Of a stretch of DNA of 64,000 nt, positions 28,697 through 37,716 are shown piece by piece (the stretch's first letter is position 1; every line of letters begins with the position of its first letter). The translations under genes were made by a program, and so were the position numbers. The notes under the pieces were generated by a model. That model did not search any database. It had not been told where the DNA came from and saw only the letters and a list, made by a program, of their open reading frames with translations. This stretch comes from Acidimicrobiia bacterium (GTDB lineage: Bacteria > Actinomycetota > Acidimicrobiia > IMCC26256 > JAENVU01): the NCBI GenBank assembly GCA_036502405.1, contig DASXYP010000047.1, positions 10,432-74,431 on the forward strand. Direction: 5' to 3'.

Positions 28697-30589
28697 CTAC
28701 GTGCGGGGGACTTCCTCGATGACGGTCGCGCCGAAGGCGTCCTCGAGGCGGGAGACCGAATCTACCGCCGCCCCCGCGCCCTTGGGTGCGTCGACGAGCT
28801 CGTTCGGGTCCACGAGGTCGATGATCGTGTCGTCCTCCGGTGGTGGCGGACCCGGGTCACCCGCGTCGACGTCAGCGGGCTCGAGCGTCGGACCGGTTCG
28901 CGGCGGACGGTCGCGACCGCCGTTCGTCCCGGTCCAGCTGTGCACCGTGAATTTGAACTTGGGCGGCGACCCGAGCTGCTCGATGAACTTCTCGCGGATC
29001 GCGTGGGCTTCCTTCTGGAAGCGCGGCTTCACGTTGTCGATCTGGGTCCGTGAGACGCCGAAGGTGATGACGTTGCCGTCGACCCGCAGCGGCTGCGCCT
29101 CCTGGATCGCGGAGCGCAGCGAGCGCGGCACCGCGTCGAGCACCGCGCTCCACGCGACGATCACGTCGTCGAGGTCCAGCACCACCTCGTCCGCCGGTGC
29201 GGGTGCGGCGGACGCGGATGGCGCCGGCTCCGCGTCGGGGGGCGCCGGGTCCGCAGACGCCGACGGCGGGTCGGCCTCCGCCGTGGACTCGGATTCGGGC
29301 GGGGTCGCGGGCTTGGGCGCCTGCTTGAACGCGCCGAGCGCGCGCTTCTTGGCCGGCGGCGCCGGCGGGTCGTCCGCGGCGGCCTTCGGAGCTTTGGACG
29401 CCGGTGCCGGTGCCGGTGCAACGCTCCCGCCGTCCGCGAGCCGTTGCTCGAGCCGGTCGACCCGGTCCGAGAGGACCTGCAGCGGACCGCCGGTGTCGCG
29501 CCGGCAGAGCCGGACGAGCGCGATCTCGAGCACGAGCCGTGGATCGGCCGCGTCGGTGCCGCGCATGTCGACGACCGCCTGCCCCAACGTCTCGAGGCCG
29601 CGTACGACGAGCGCGTTGCCGAGCACCTCGCCGACCGCGCTCAGCCGCTCGCGCTCGTCCTCGGGCGCGTCGACGTGCACCTGGCCGCGTCCCGCGGTCA
29701 GGAGGAACGCGTCGCGCAGCGAGCGCAGGAGGTCCTCGGCCACGCGCCGGGCATCGTGGCCCGACTCCAGCAGCCCCGCGAGCGCGGTGAGCCCGCCGGC
29801 CACGTCCTCCGCGGCGATCGCGTCCAGGATCGTGAGGCGGGCGTCGAACGGTGACCCGCCGAGCACCGACTCGACCCCGGCCGCGGTGAGCGTCCCGGTG
29901 GCGTGCGCCAGGGCCTGGTCGAGCAGCGATTCCGCATCCCGGGCCGACCCTCCCGCCGCGCGGGCGATCGACGTCAGCGCGTCGGGCTCGAACTCGACGC
30001 CCTCTCGTTCGAGCACCGACGCGAGCAGGCCGGTGATCTGCTCGATCGACAGCAGCGTGAGCTCGAAGTGCTGGGTCCGTGACCGGATCGTCGGCAGCAC
30101 CCGCTCCGGATTGGTCGTCGCGAGCACGAACACGACGTGACCGGGCGGCTCCTCGAGCGTCTTCAGCAGCGCGTTCGAAGCCGCGTTGCTGAGCATGTGC
30201 ACCTCGTCGATCAGGTACACCTTGACCTTGGAGGTCGCGCCGATGCCGAGGCTGACCCGCTCGACGAGGTCACGGATCGCATCGACGCCGTTGTTCGACG
30301 CGGCGTCCATCTCCACGAGGTCGTTGAAGGTACCGGCGGCGATGGCGACGCAGTTCTCGCAGGTGCCGTCGGGCTCGCCGTCCGCGCCGAGGTCGAGGCA
30401 GTTGAGCGCCTTGGCCAGGATGCGCCCGGTCGTCGTCTTTCCGGTGCCGCGCGGGCCGGAGAAGAGGTACGCGTGGCCGACCCGGCCCTCGCGCACGGCG
30501 TTGCGCAGCGCGGTCGTGACGTGCTCCTGGCCGACGAGCTCGTCGAAGCGCTGCGGTCGGTACTTCCGGTACAGGGACTGAAACGGCAC
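28697..30589 (-). CDS. dnaX: DNA polymerase III subunit gamma/tau
   Basis: LYRKYRPQ, GPRGTGKTT, EMDAASN, DEVHML, LKTLEEPP, SR motifs. Confidence 0.97.
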   Translation of the reverse strand: MPFQSLYRKYRPQRFDELVGQEHVTTALRNAVREGRVGHAYLFSGPRGTGKTTTGRILAKALNCLDLGADGEPDGTCENCVAIAAGTFNDLVEMDAASNNGVDAIRDLVERVSLGIGATSKVKVYLIDEVHMLSNAASNALLKTLEEPPGHVVFVLATTNPERVLPTIRSRTQHFELTLLSIEQITGLLASVLEREGVEFEPDALTSIARAAGGSARDAESLLDQALAHATGTLTAAGVESVLGGSPFDARLTILDAIAAEDVAGGLTALAGLLESGHDARRVAEDLLRSLRDAFLLTAGRGQVHVDAPEDERERLSAVGEVLGNALVVRGLETLGQAVVDMRGTDAADPRLVLEIALVRLCRRDTGGPLQVLSDRVDRLEQRLADGGSVAPAPAPASKAPKAAADDPPAPPAKKRALGAFKQAPKPATPPESESTAEADPPSASADPAPPDAEPAPSASAAPAPADEVVLDLDDVIVAWSAVLDAVPRSLRSAIQEAQPLRVDGNVITFGVSRTQIDNVKPRFQKEAHAIREKFIEQLGSPPKFKFTVHSWTGTNGGRDRPPRTGPTLEPADVDAGDPGPPPPEDDTIIDLVDPNELVDAPKGAGAAVDSVSRLEDAFGATVIEEVPRT

Positions 30590-30753
30590 CGCTCGACCTT
30601 AGCCAGCCGACACCCCCGACCGAGGAGGTGCGCCCGACGCGCAGGAGCGGAGGCCGGAGCGAGCACGGAGGCGGAGTGCAGGCGGAAGCGGGCACGCAGT
30701 GCGCCGCCGGAACGACCCGCAGTCGCGCAGGCCGCAGCGACCCGAAGAGAGAT

Positions 30754-31031
30754 GCGGACCGTGCACCCGCTGTCGACCCGACACCGAAGGGCGCGCCGCT
30801 CGCTGCCGGCTCAGGCCAGGCGACCCTGCGGCACACGGGAGGGCCCGCTGAGAGCTGCTTCCTTCCGGACCTGACTCGTTTCACGAGATCCCGTTGCGCA
30901 GGACCCGACCATCTACACCACTGGCGAGTCGCCTTCCCAACGGCGGCTCGGGCCTCGAACGGGGATTCGGCCCCCCATGACGTGGATTTGGGGTACAGGG
31001 CACCACGGGCTCCCCGCTTAGCACGGTCCGC
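30754..31031 (-). ncRNA. ffs: Signal recognition particle RNA, large (Alu-domain) type
   Basis: Reverse strand has GCCGTGCTAAGCGGGGAG-like 5' Alu start, GGTCCTGCGCAA, TCAGGTCCGGAAGGAAGCAGC helix 8, and terminal pairing 30755-30764/31021-31030; TACCCT -10 at 31038-31043. Confidence 0.95.
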
Positions 31032-31110
31032 GTCGGCAGGGTAGCAGGGGCGTCACCGCTACGATCCACGGCTCGCGCGTCCGGCGGACACCGATGTCGG
31101 CCGCGCGTAC

Positions 31111-31198
31111 GGAGGGATGCGAGAGCGGCCGAATCGGCACGCTTGGAAAGCGTGTGTGGGGCAACTCACCGTGGGTTCGAATCCCACTCCCTCCGCCA
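31111..31198 (+). tRNA. tRNA-Ser(GGA)
   Basis: Acceptor GGAGGGA/TCCCTCC, anticodon arm CACGC-TTGGAAA-GCGTG, long variable arm, TTCGAAT, encoded CCA. Confidence 0.97.
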
Positions 31199-31214
31199 AC
31201 CTCGGCTCCCGGGC

Positions 31215-32027
31215 TCACCGGTCGACCGACACCCGCAGGAACGTGGCCGGGATGTCGGTCGTGCCGGGGTCCGTGCTCGTGTTCTGGAGGTTGAAGAGCG
31301 CGTCCATCTCCGCCGCCAGCTCGGCGGTGCGCCCGCTCGCCTCGGCCGCGTCGAACGCGTTCATCGTCGGGCCGTAGTAGGCGCGGAACTCCGCCAGCAG
31401 CTCCGACGGGGGCGCCGGGTGCACGAAGTGATACGTGTCCCGGGCGAACGACACCCGGTCCCCCGGAACCCCCGCCGCGTCGAAGCGGTCCAGGACGTCG
31501 GATTCGATTCCCCAGCTCATCGGGCTGACGACGCCCTCGGGCGGCGGCGGCGAGTAGGCGCCGCTGATCCTCAGGATCTGCGCGACGAGCGTCGGATCGC
31601 CGGGGATCCAGTTGCCCATCACGATCCTCCCGCCGGGACGCGTAACGCGCACCATCTCCTTGGCGACGTCACACGGCTCGGGCGCGAACATCGCGCCGAA
31701 GACGCTCACGACGAGGTCGAACGACTCGTCGTCGAGCTCGTACAGATCGGACGCGTCGCCCTGCTGGAAGCGGCAGCGCGTCAGTCCCTCGGCCTCGGCC
31801 CGACGGCTGCCGGCCTCGACGAGGTTGGCCGCGATGTCGACGCCGGTGACGTCGGCGCCCAACCGCGCGGCAGGGAGCGCCGTCGTCCCGTCGCCGCACC
31901 CGAGGTCGAGGACCTCGAGCCCGTTGGTGATCCCGAGGGTCTTGACGATCTCCTCGCCGCTGCCGCGCATGCTCGCCGCGATGCGCGTGAAGTCGCCCTT
32001 CTCCCAGAGTGCGCGGTTCGCGTTCAT
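31215..32027 (-). CDS. Class I SAM-dependent methyltransferase
   Basis: VLDLGCGDG, GVDIAANLV, GDA, FDLVVSVFGAMFAP motifs. Confidence 0.92.
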   Translation of the reverse strand: MNANRALWEKGDFTRIAASMRGSGEEIVKTLGITNGLEVLDLGCGDGTTALPAARLGADVTGVDIAANLVEAGSRRAEAEGLTRCRFQQGDASDLYELDDESFDLVVSVFGAMFAPEPCDVAKEMVRVTRPGGRIVMGNWIPGDPTLVAQILRISGAYSPPPPEGVVSPMSWGIESDVLDRFDAAGVPGDRVSFARDTYHFVHPAPPSELLAEFRAYYGPTMNAFDAAEASGRTAELAAEMDALFNLQNTSTDPGTTDIPATFLRVSVDR

Positions 32028-32079
32028 CGTTGCCGTCCCTTTCGTTTGAGAGCTCGTGTCGTCGGTGGCTGCCGGTCGC

Positions 32080-32490
32080 TCACTGATCGGGGTGCTCCTT
32101 CCAGAACCCCGAGCAGAGCAACGAGATGTGGCGGACGCGGCCGGTCGGACCCGTCGACGCGAACGCGTGCTGCTCGACGACCATCGACGCGTCGTCGAAC
32201 CGCGCGGCCTCGAGCCGGAAGCGCCAGCGCAGCTCGAGCAGCGAGCCGATGTGGCCCACCGACGCGTCGACGACCTCGAAGCGCCGGGCCTGGCCGAACC
32301 AGCGCTCGAATGCGGCGCCGATGTCCGGGGCGCCGCTCCACTCCCGGAACCCGCCGGGCAGCAGGGCCGACATCGTCGCGTCGGGGTCGAGCGCCGCCTC
32401 GAGCTGTCGGAAGTCGTGCGCCGTCAGCGCCTCGAGCAGCGCGCCGGCTGCCATGAAGTGCAGCGACTCGGGAGGAGCGTCGTGGTCCAT
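32080..32490 (-). CDS. Hypothetical SnoaL/NTF2-like protein
   Basis: ALTAHDF..L..ALDP, ALLP, LLCSGF pattern; upstream of the methyltransferase in one unit. Confidence 0.7.
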   Translation of the reverse strand: MDHDAPPESLHFMAAGALLEALTAHDFRQLEAALDPDATMSALLPGGFREWSGAPDIGAAFERWFGQARRFEVVDASVGHIGSLLELRWRFRLEAARFDDASMVVEQHAFASTGPTGRVRHISLLCSGFWKEHPDQ

Positions 32491-32521
32491 GCCCGTGTTG
32501 TACGTCGGTCGGGCCCGCGCC

Positions 32522-32543
32522 ACATCGGGCAGCTGCCCGATGT
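32522..32543. promoter_or_regulatory. Perfect 22-bp palindrome, candidate activator site for the HD-GYP/LuxR protein
   Basis: ACATCGGGCAGCTGCCCGATGT, 19 nt upstream of TACAAC (32497-32502), which lies 6 nt before ATG 32490. Confidence 0.75.
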
Positions 32544-32605
32544 TTCGGCCGCCGGCCCGCGCGCACGCGGAGGACCCCGGGTCGCGAGATGTCAGAATCG
32601 CATGC

Positions 32606-34165
32606 GTGCAGACGTCGCCGGCCGTGAAGCTGTCGGAGCTGGTCGCGACCTTGTCGCTGCTGTCCGATCTCGGGATGGGGCGACCCGTCGAACGGGTGCT
32701 GCGCCAGACGGTGATCGCGATGCGCCTGGCCGACCTCGCGGAGGTCGGCGACGACGCCCGCGCTGCGACCTACTACACGTCGCTGCTGACCTGGGTCGGC
32801 TGCGCGACCGACACGAGCGACCTTGCGGCGCTGTTCGGCGACGAGATGGCTCTCTTCGCCGACACGCACGACGGCGACCTCGCCGGTGTGAGCCTCGCGA
32901 CCTTCATGCTCCGTCACCTCGGGCGGGGCAGCACACCGGTACGCCGGCTCACGATGGCGAGCGAGTTCCTCGCGACGGGGGGCCGGTCGGTGCAGGCCAC
33001 GATGGAGTCGCACTGTCAGTCGACCGGGGAGCTCGCGCACCGGCTGGGGCTCGGCGAAGACGTGTGTGCGCCGCTCGTCCAGGCGTTCGAGCGCTGGGAC
33101 GGTCGCGGTGTCCCGGGCGCAGTCGGAGAGCACCGCCTCGCGATGGTCGCCCGCATCGTCCACCTCGCCGACTGCATCGAGTGGTTCAACGCGTCCGCAG
33201 GTGCGGATGCCGCGCTCGCGGTCGCCCGCGAGCGCAGTGGCACGCAGTTCGATCCCACCCTCGTCGAGCTCTTCGCCCGTCACTGCGACGAGGTGCTGGC
33301 CGGCATCGACGCGATCTCCGCGTGGGACGAGGTGATCGCGCTCGACCCGCGGCTCGGCGACGAGCTCGACGACGATGAGCTCGACCGCGCGCTCGAGGCC
33401 CTCGCGGACTTCACCGACCTGAAGTCACCGTGTCGGACCGGGCACTCCCGCGCCGTGGCGCACACCGCCGCGGCCGCGGGGACGACCCTCGGTATGCCGC
33501 CGGACGAGGTCCGGATGCTTCGCCGCGCCGCGCTCGTCCACGACGTCGGGATGATCGGCGTGCCGAGTGGAGTCTGGGAAGAGCCCAAGCCCTGGACGCT
33601 GAGCCAACGCGAGCGCGCCCGCACGCACCCGTATCTGCTCGAGCGCATGCTCACGCGTACGCCACTGCTCTCCCAGATCGCGCACTGTGCCGCACTGCAC
33701 CACGAGCGCCTCGACGGGTCTGGCTATCCGCGCGGGCTGCGCGGCGACGCGATCCCCTTCCCGGCGCGCGTCCTCGCCGTCGCGGACGTCCACCAGGCAC
33801 TCGGGCAAACCCGTCCCCACCGCGACGCGTTCGACCCGCCCGCGATCGCGGCCATGCTCCGCGACGAGGCCCGCGCCGGTCGCCTCGACGGTGAGGCGGT
33901 CAACGCGGTGCTTCGCGCGGGCGGGCAGCGCGTACGCCGGCGCGCCGACCTTCCCGGAGGGCTGACGAGGCGCGAAGTGGAGGTGCTCATGTGCCTCGCC
34001 CGCGGCCGATCCAACCCGGAGATCGCGGCCGACCTGTCGATCTCGCGCAAGACGGTGTCCTCGCACCTCGAGCACATCTACGCCAAGCTCCGCATCTCGA
34101 CCCGCACCGAGGCGGCGCTGTTCGCCATGCGGAACGGGTTCACGGAGCTCGATCCTGCGAACTGA
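32606..34165 (+). CDS. HD-GYP domain protein with C-terminal LuxR-type HTH
   Basis: FERWDGRG, HDVGMIG, HHERLDGSGYPRG, LTRREVEVL..LARGRSN.EIA motifs. Confidence 0.92.
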   Translation: MQTSPAVKLSELVATLSLLSDLGMGRPVERVLRQTVIAMRLADLAEVGDDARAATYYTSLLTWVGCATDTSDLAALFGDEMALFADTHDGDLAGVSLATFMLRHLGRGSTPVRRLTMASEFLATGGRSVQATMESHCQSTGELAHRLGLGEDVCAPLVQAFERWDGRGVPGAVGEHRLAMVARIVHLADCIEWFNASAGADAALAVARERSGTQFDPTLVELFARHCDEVLAGIDAISAWDEVIALDPRLGDELDDDELDRALEALADFTDLKSPCRTGHSRAVAHTAAAAGTTLGMPPDEVRMLRRAALVHDVGMIGVPSGVWEEPKPWTLSQRERARTHPYLLERMLTRTPLLSQIAHCAALHHERLDGSGYPRGLRGDAIPFPARVLAVADVHQALGQTRPHRDAFDPPAIAAMLRDEARAGRLDGEAVNAVLRAGGQRVRRRADLPGGLTRREVEVLMCLARGRSNPEIAADLSISRKTVSSHLEHIYAKLRISTRTEAALFAMRNGFTELDPAN

Positions 34166-34172
34166 CCGAAAG

Positions 34173-34190
34173 ATCGGGCAGACGCCCGAT
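34173..34190. promoter_or_regulatory. Second copy of the ATCGGGC-N4-GCCCGAT palindrome
   Basis: ATCGGGC-AGAC-GCCCGAT, 7 nt after the regulator stop codon. Confidence 0.7.
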
Positions 34191-34261
34191 TCGCCGGCGG
34201 CGTCGCGCGCCCGGACCGCACCGAAGAGCGGGAACGGTCGTCGCGGTCGTCGAAGGGGGGC

Positions 34262-35350
34262 TCAGTGGGGTCGGCGGGTGAGGGACTCGCGGAGGCGGCC
34301 GACCTGCCGCAGGCTCTCGCGCACAGTGCGACGCAGCTCGGGGCGGTCGAGGACGTACGCGCGCGCGGCGGCGATCGGCGCGTGCGCGGCCTGGAACGCG
34401 ACGGCGCGTGCGGACGGGCGGGACACGACGCCGGTCGCGACCATCGCGTTCCCGGTCTTCAGCGAGTCCTTGTAGCCCTCGTCGCCGCGCGAGAGGTCCA
34501 GTGCGACCACCCCGAGGTCGAACGCGGCCTCGACGGTCCGCAGCGTGCGGATCGCACCCGGCGACACCCGGGACCACTCCGGGTCGTGGGCGGCGAACCA
34601 GCCCGCGAACACCGTCTCGGAAGTGAGGCTCAGGTCGGTGGCCACAAGCTGCCCGTCGATCCGCAGCGACGAGCCGACCGCGTCCAGACCGACCTCGGAG
34701 TTGGACGCAAGGACGTCGAGGAGCTCGGTCACGCCGCGACGCGCGAACGGGTCCGGCCACCCGCTGCGCCGGTACTGCTGGGACTTCCACGCCACCAGCT
34801 GCCGGAGCTGCGCGCAGTCCTTGGCCGGGCCGGACTCGAACAGCACGTCGTCGAACTCGCGTCTGAGCTTGCGCTCCTTGTACAGGGTGGTCTTGATGTT
34901 CTTGCTGGACTTCACCCGTGCCAGGTACTCGTCCCACCCGGGGGCGGTCTCGATGACCGGCGCGTGGAACTCCTCGAGCGACGCGCGGTCGTCCGACTGG
35001 AAGTCGACCAGGTCACTCACCTGGAGCACGTCCAGGCTCACCGTGTCGAGGAGCTGGGGCCACGACCAGGGCAGTCCGGGCTCGTGGACGAACCCCTGGC
35101 GGGTGTTGAGCTTGCGCCCGATCGCGGTGGCGATGCCGCGGACGCGCTCCTCGAACGGGAGGAAGCCGACCACGGTCGGGCCGTCCTCGAACACCGCCAC
35201 CCGCGCCCGGTCGGACACCGCGTCGACGGCGCGCGCGAACCCGCCCGAAAGGAACGGGTGCTGCAGCTCGAGGCGTGCGGCCTGGAAGTCGCGCCAGCGC
35301 GAGAGCTCGGACTGGCCGAGCTCCCGGGGTCGCACGACCGAAGCCCTCAC
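34262..35350 (-). CDS. GNAT acetyltransferase, CelD/BcsL-like (Acetyltransf_6)
   Basis: HPFLS..FARAV, SPG.IL-like motif, LDLSRGDEGYK. Confidence 0.85.
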   Translation of the reverse strand: MRASVVRPRELGQSELSRWRDFQAARLELQHPFLSGGFARAVDAVSDRARVAVFEDGPTVVGFLPFEERVRGIATAIGRKLNTRQGFVHEPGLPWSWPQLLDTVSLDVLQVSDLVDFQSDDRASLEEFHAPVIETAPGWDEYLARVKSSKNIKTTLYKERKLRREFDDVLFESGPAKDCAQLRQLVAWKSQQYRRSGWPDPFARRGVTELLDVLASNSEVGLDAVGSSLRIDGQLVATDLSLTSETVFAGWFAAHDPEWSRVSPGAIRTLRTVEAAFDLGVVALDLSRGDEGYKDSLKTGNAMVATGVVSRPSARAVAFQAAHAPIAAARAYVLDRPELRRTVRESLRQVGRLRESLTRRPH

Positions 35351-35603
35351 CGATGTCCACTCCTCCGTGACTCCCGGCGTCGCCGCCTTCGTCGCTCCTG
35401 CTCCGACGGTGTGCCGCCTCCACGGGCGCTCGGACCGTACCGATGGTGCTTGCGGAAAGGTTCCCGGTGACCACGCCCGCGAACCCTCGGACTTCGACGT
35501 CTCGACGGTGCCGGCGGGCCCTCGATCGCGCGGGGTCGGCCGTGACCCCCGATCGGCGCTCCTGGGTCAAGATGCGTGCTCCTCATTCGCGACGGGAGCA
35601 TCG

Positions 35604-36089
35604 ATGGATGACGGGCCCATCACCGAACGGGACCGGGAACGCACCGAGGGGCTGATGGCCGCCGCGCTCGACGAGGCGCGCGCCGCGCTCGGCCACGGCG
35701 ACGTGCCGATCGGGGCCGTCGTCGCCCGCCTCGACACGGGCGAGGTCATCGCCCGCCGCCACAACGAGCGCGAGCTCCAGTCCGACCCGACCGCGCACGC
35801 GGAGGTGCTCGCGCTGCGGGACGCCGCCGCGACGCTGGGCCGGTGGCGCCTCGACGACTGCGCTCTGGTCGTCACGTTGGAGCCGTGCCCGATGTGCGCC
35901 GGCGCGGCGATCAACGGCCGGATCGGTCTCATCGTCTTCGGTGCCGCCGACCCGAAGGCCGGCGCGGCCGGGACGCTCTACAACCTCGCCGCCGACCCGA
36001 GGCTGAACCACGAGACGCCGGTCGTCGCGGGCGTGCAGTCCGAGGCGTCGGCGGCGCTGCTGCGCGCGTTCTTCGCCGAACGGCGCTGA
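35604..36089 (+). CDS. tadA: tRNA adenosine deaminase / nucleoside deaminase
   Basis: DVPIGAVV, DPTAHAE, VTLEPCPMCAGA, DPKAGA motifs; adjacent to tRNA-Ser(CGA). Confidence 0.93.
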   Translation: MDDGPITERDRERTEGLMAAALDEARAALGHGDVPIGAVVARLDTGEVIARRHNERELQSDPTAHAEVLALRDAAATLGRWRLDDCALVVTLEPCPMCAGAAINGRIGLIVFGAADPKAGAAGTLYNLAADPRLNHETPVVAGVQSEASAALLRAFFAERR

Positions 36090-36161
36090 GCCCGGCCGGC
36101 CGAGCGCGTACACTCACGCCCCGCTCGGCGTTGCTCTCCGGAGGAGCGCCTCGCGACCCTC

Positions 36162-36249
36162 GGAGGGGTGCGAGAGCGGCCGAATCGGATGGTCTCGAAA
36201 ACCATTGTGGCGCAAGTCACCGTGGGTTCAAATCCCACCCCCTCCGCCA
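36162..36249 (+). tRNA. tRNA-Ser(CGA)
   Basis: Acceptor GGAGGGG/CCCCTCC, anticodon arm ATGGT-CTCGAAA-ACCAT, long variable arm, TTCAAAT, encoded CCA. Confidence 0.97.
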
Positions 36250-36263
36250 GATGCTCCACGAAG

Positions 36264-36288
36264 CAGGGCCGGGCCTCGCCCGGCCCTG
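36264..36288 (+). terminator. tRNA-Ser(CGA) terminator hairpin
   Basis: CAGGGCCGGG-CCTCG-CCCGGCCCTG, perfect 10-bp stem. Confidence 0.7.
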
Positions 36289-36351
36289 ATCGCGCTCGCG
36301 GCGCGCCGCGCCTATGGTTCGCCGACCTTGCATCCGACCGGGGGGTTGAGG

Positions 36352-37692
36352 ATGGGAGTCCGCACGGGCAGGACGTCGACACCATGCCGGTGGTACGTCG
36401 CGGCACTGCTGACGGTGGTGGTGCTCGCCGGCCTCATGGCACCGGTCGCGCCGGCGGGCGCCGCAACCGGGGTCGGCGTGACCGCGAAGAAGGTCAAAGT
36501 CGGGATCGCGCTCGTCAACTACGACTGCATCAAGACCTTCACCGACTCGATCCGACTGCACCAGAACGCGGTGTACCAGGCGTTCATCGACGACCTCAAC
36601 GCCAAGGGCGGCGTCAACGGGCGCAAGATCGAGCCCGTCTACGCCGACTACTGCCCGCTCGGCAGCGCGCCCGCGCTCGCGGCGTGCACCAAGCTCACCG
36701 ACGACGACAAGGTCTTCGCGGTGATGGGCACGATGATCGACTTCTCGGGCGACGCGCAGGCCTGCGTCTCGAACCAGCACCACACGGTGCTGATGTCGTA
36801 CAACCTCACTCAGGCGATCATGGACAAGGCGCCGCCCGGGCTCATGATCTATCCGGGCGCGACCGACGAACGCCGCGTGCGCGTGATGCTGGACCTGCTC
36901 CAGCAGCAGCACACGCTGAAGGGCCACAAGATCGCGGTGCTCGGCGGCAACAACGAGGCCGCCATGGTGCACAAGGTGATCGTGCCCGGCCTGAAGAAGG
37001 CGCACGTGCCGATGGGCTCGACCGCGGTGCTCTCGATCGACCCCACCGGTGACCTCACCGCCGCGCAGGCCCAGCTCGACAGCTTCCTCGAGAAGTGGAA
37101 GGGCGAGCACGTCGACGCGCTGTTCCTCTCTGGTGACGTCGTCTCCTCCAAGGCCTTCGTGACGAAGATCAGGCAGAAGCTGCCGCACACGCTGCTGCTC
37201 GTCGACACCCAGGACGTCAAGGACGCGGCGCATCAGATCACCGCGTCGGGCGAGAAGGACAACCCGTACGACGGGATCCTCACCGCGGGCGGAGTCACCG
37301 GGGCCGAGTACGCCAAGAGCAAGAACTGGAAGCACTGCACCGCGATCTACCGCAAGCAGACGGGCAAGCACGCGCCCGGTCCGCTCGAGGTGGTGCCGGG
37401 TCCGGACGGCAAGACGCTCGACACCTACGGCGCGATCACCGACGCCTGCCAGATCACGACGATGTTCCGCGACATCGCGGCGCGCGCGGGCAAGGACCTC
37501 AACACCAAGTCCTGGCTCGCGAGCGTCAACCACTATGGCCACATCGTCCCGCTCTCCTCCGGCCAGTTCGGCTCGCTCGGCAAAGGCAAGTACGACGCCG
37601 ACGACGACTTCCGGCTCGTCGCGTGGGACTCGTCGATCGGCGCCGGCGGGGAGTGGCACGCGATCACCCCGGTGCGGAACCTGACCGGCTGA
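36352..37692 (+). CDS. Secreted type-I periplasmic-binding-fold (ABC substrate-binding-like) protein
   Basis: Signal peptide, GVTAKKVKVG, LNAKGGVNGRKI motifs; no permease or ATPase genes adjacent. Confidence 0.8.
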   Translation: MGVRTGRTSTPCRWYVAALLTVVVLAGLMAPVAPAGAATGVGVTAKKVKVGIALVNYDCIKTFTDSIRLHQNAVYQAFIDDLNAKGGVNGRKIEPVYADYCPLGSAPALAACTKLTDDDKVFAVMGTMIDFSGDAQACVSNQHHTVLMSYNLTQAIMDKAPPGLMIYPGATDERRVRVMLDLLQQQHTLKGHKIAVLGGNNEAAMVHKVIVPGLKKAHVPMGSTAVLSIDPTGDLTAAQAQLDSFLEKWKGEHVDALFLSGDVVSSKAFVTKIRQKLPHTLLLVDTQDVKDAAHQITASGEKDNPYDGILTAGGVTGAEYAKSKNWKHCTAIYRKQTGKHAPGPLEVVPGPDGKTLDTYGAITDACQITTMFRDIAARAGKDLNTKSWLASVNHYGHIVPLSSGQFGSLGKGKYDADDDFRLVAWDSSIGAGGEWHAITPVRNLTG

Positions 37693-37716
37693 GCCCGCGG
37701 CCTCAGGTCGGCCGGC

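Noticed and set aside
35351-35603. Small ORFs between the GNAT gene and tadA
   Set aside because: Low-complexity Arg-rich translations without SD or motif support; likely divergent promoter/UTR sequence.
31199-36249. Integrative element or prophage at tRNA-Ser
   Set aside because: No integrase, no phage genes and no duplicated tRNA 3' end; the similarity between 31170-31198 and 36221-36249 reflects two genuine tRNA-Ser genes.
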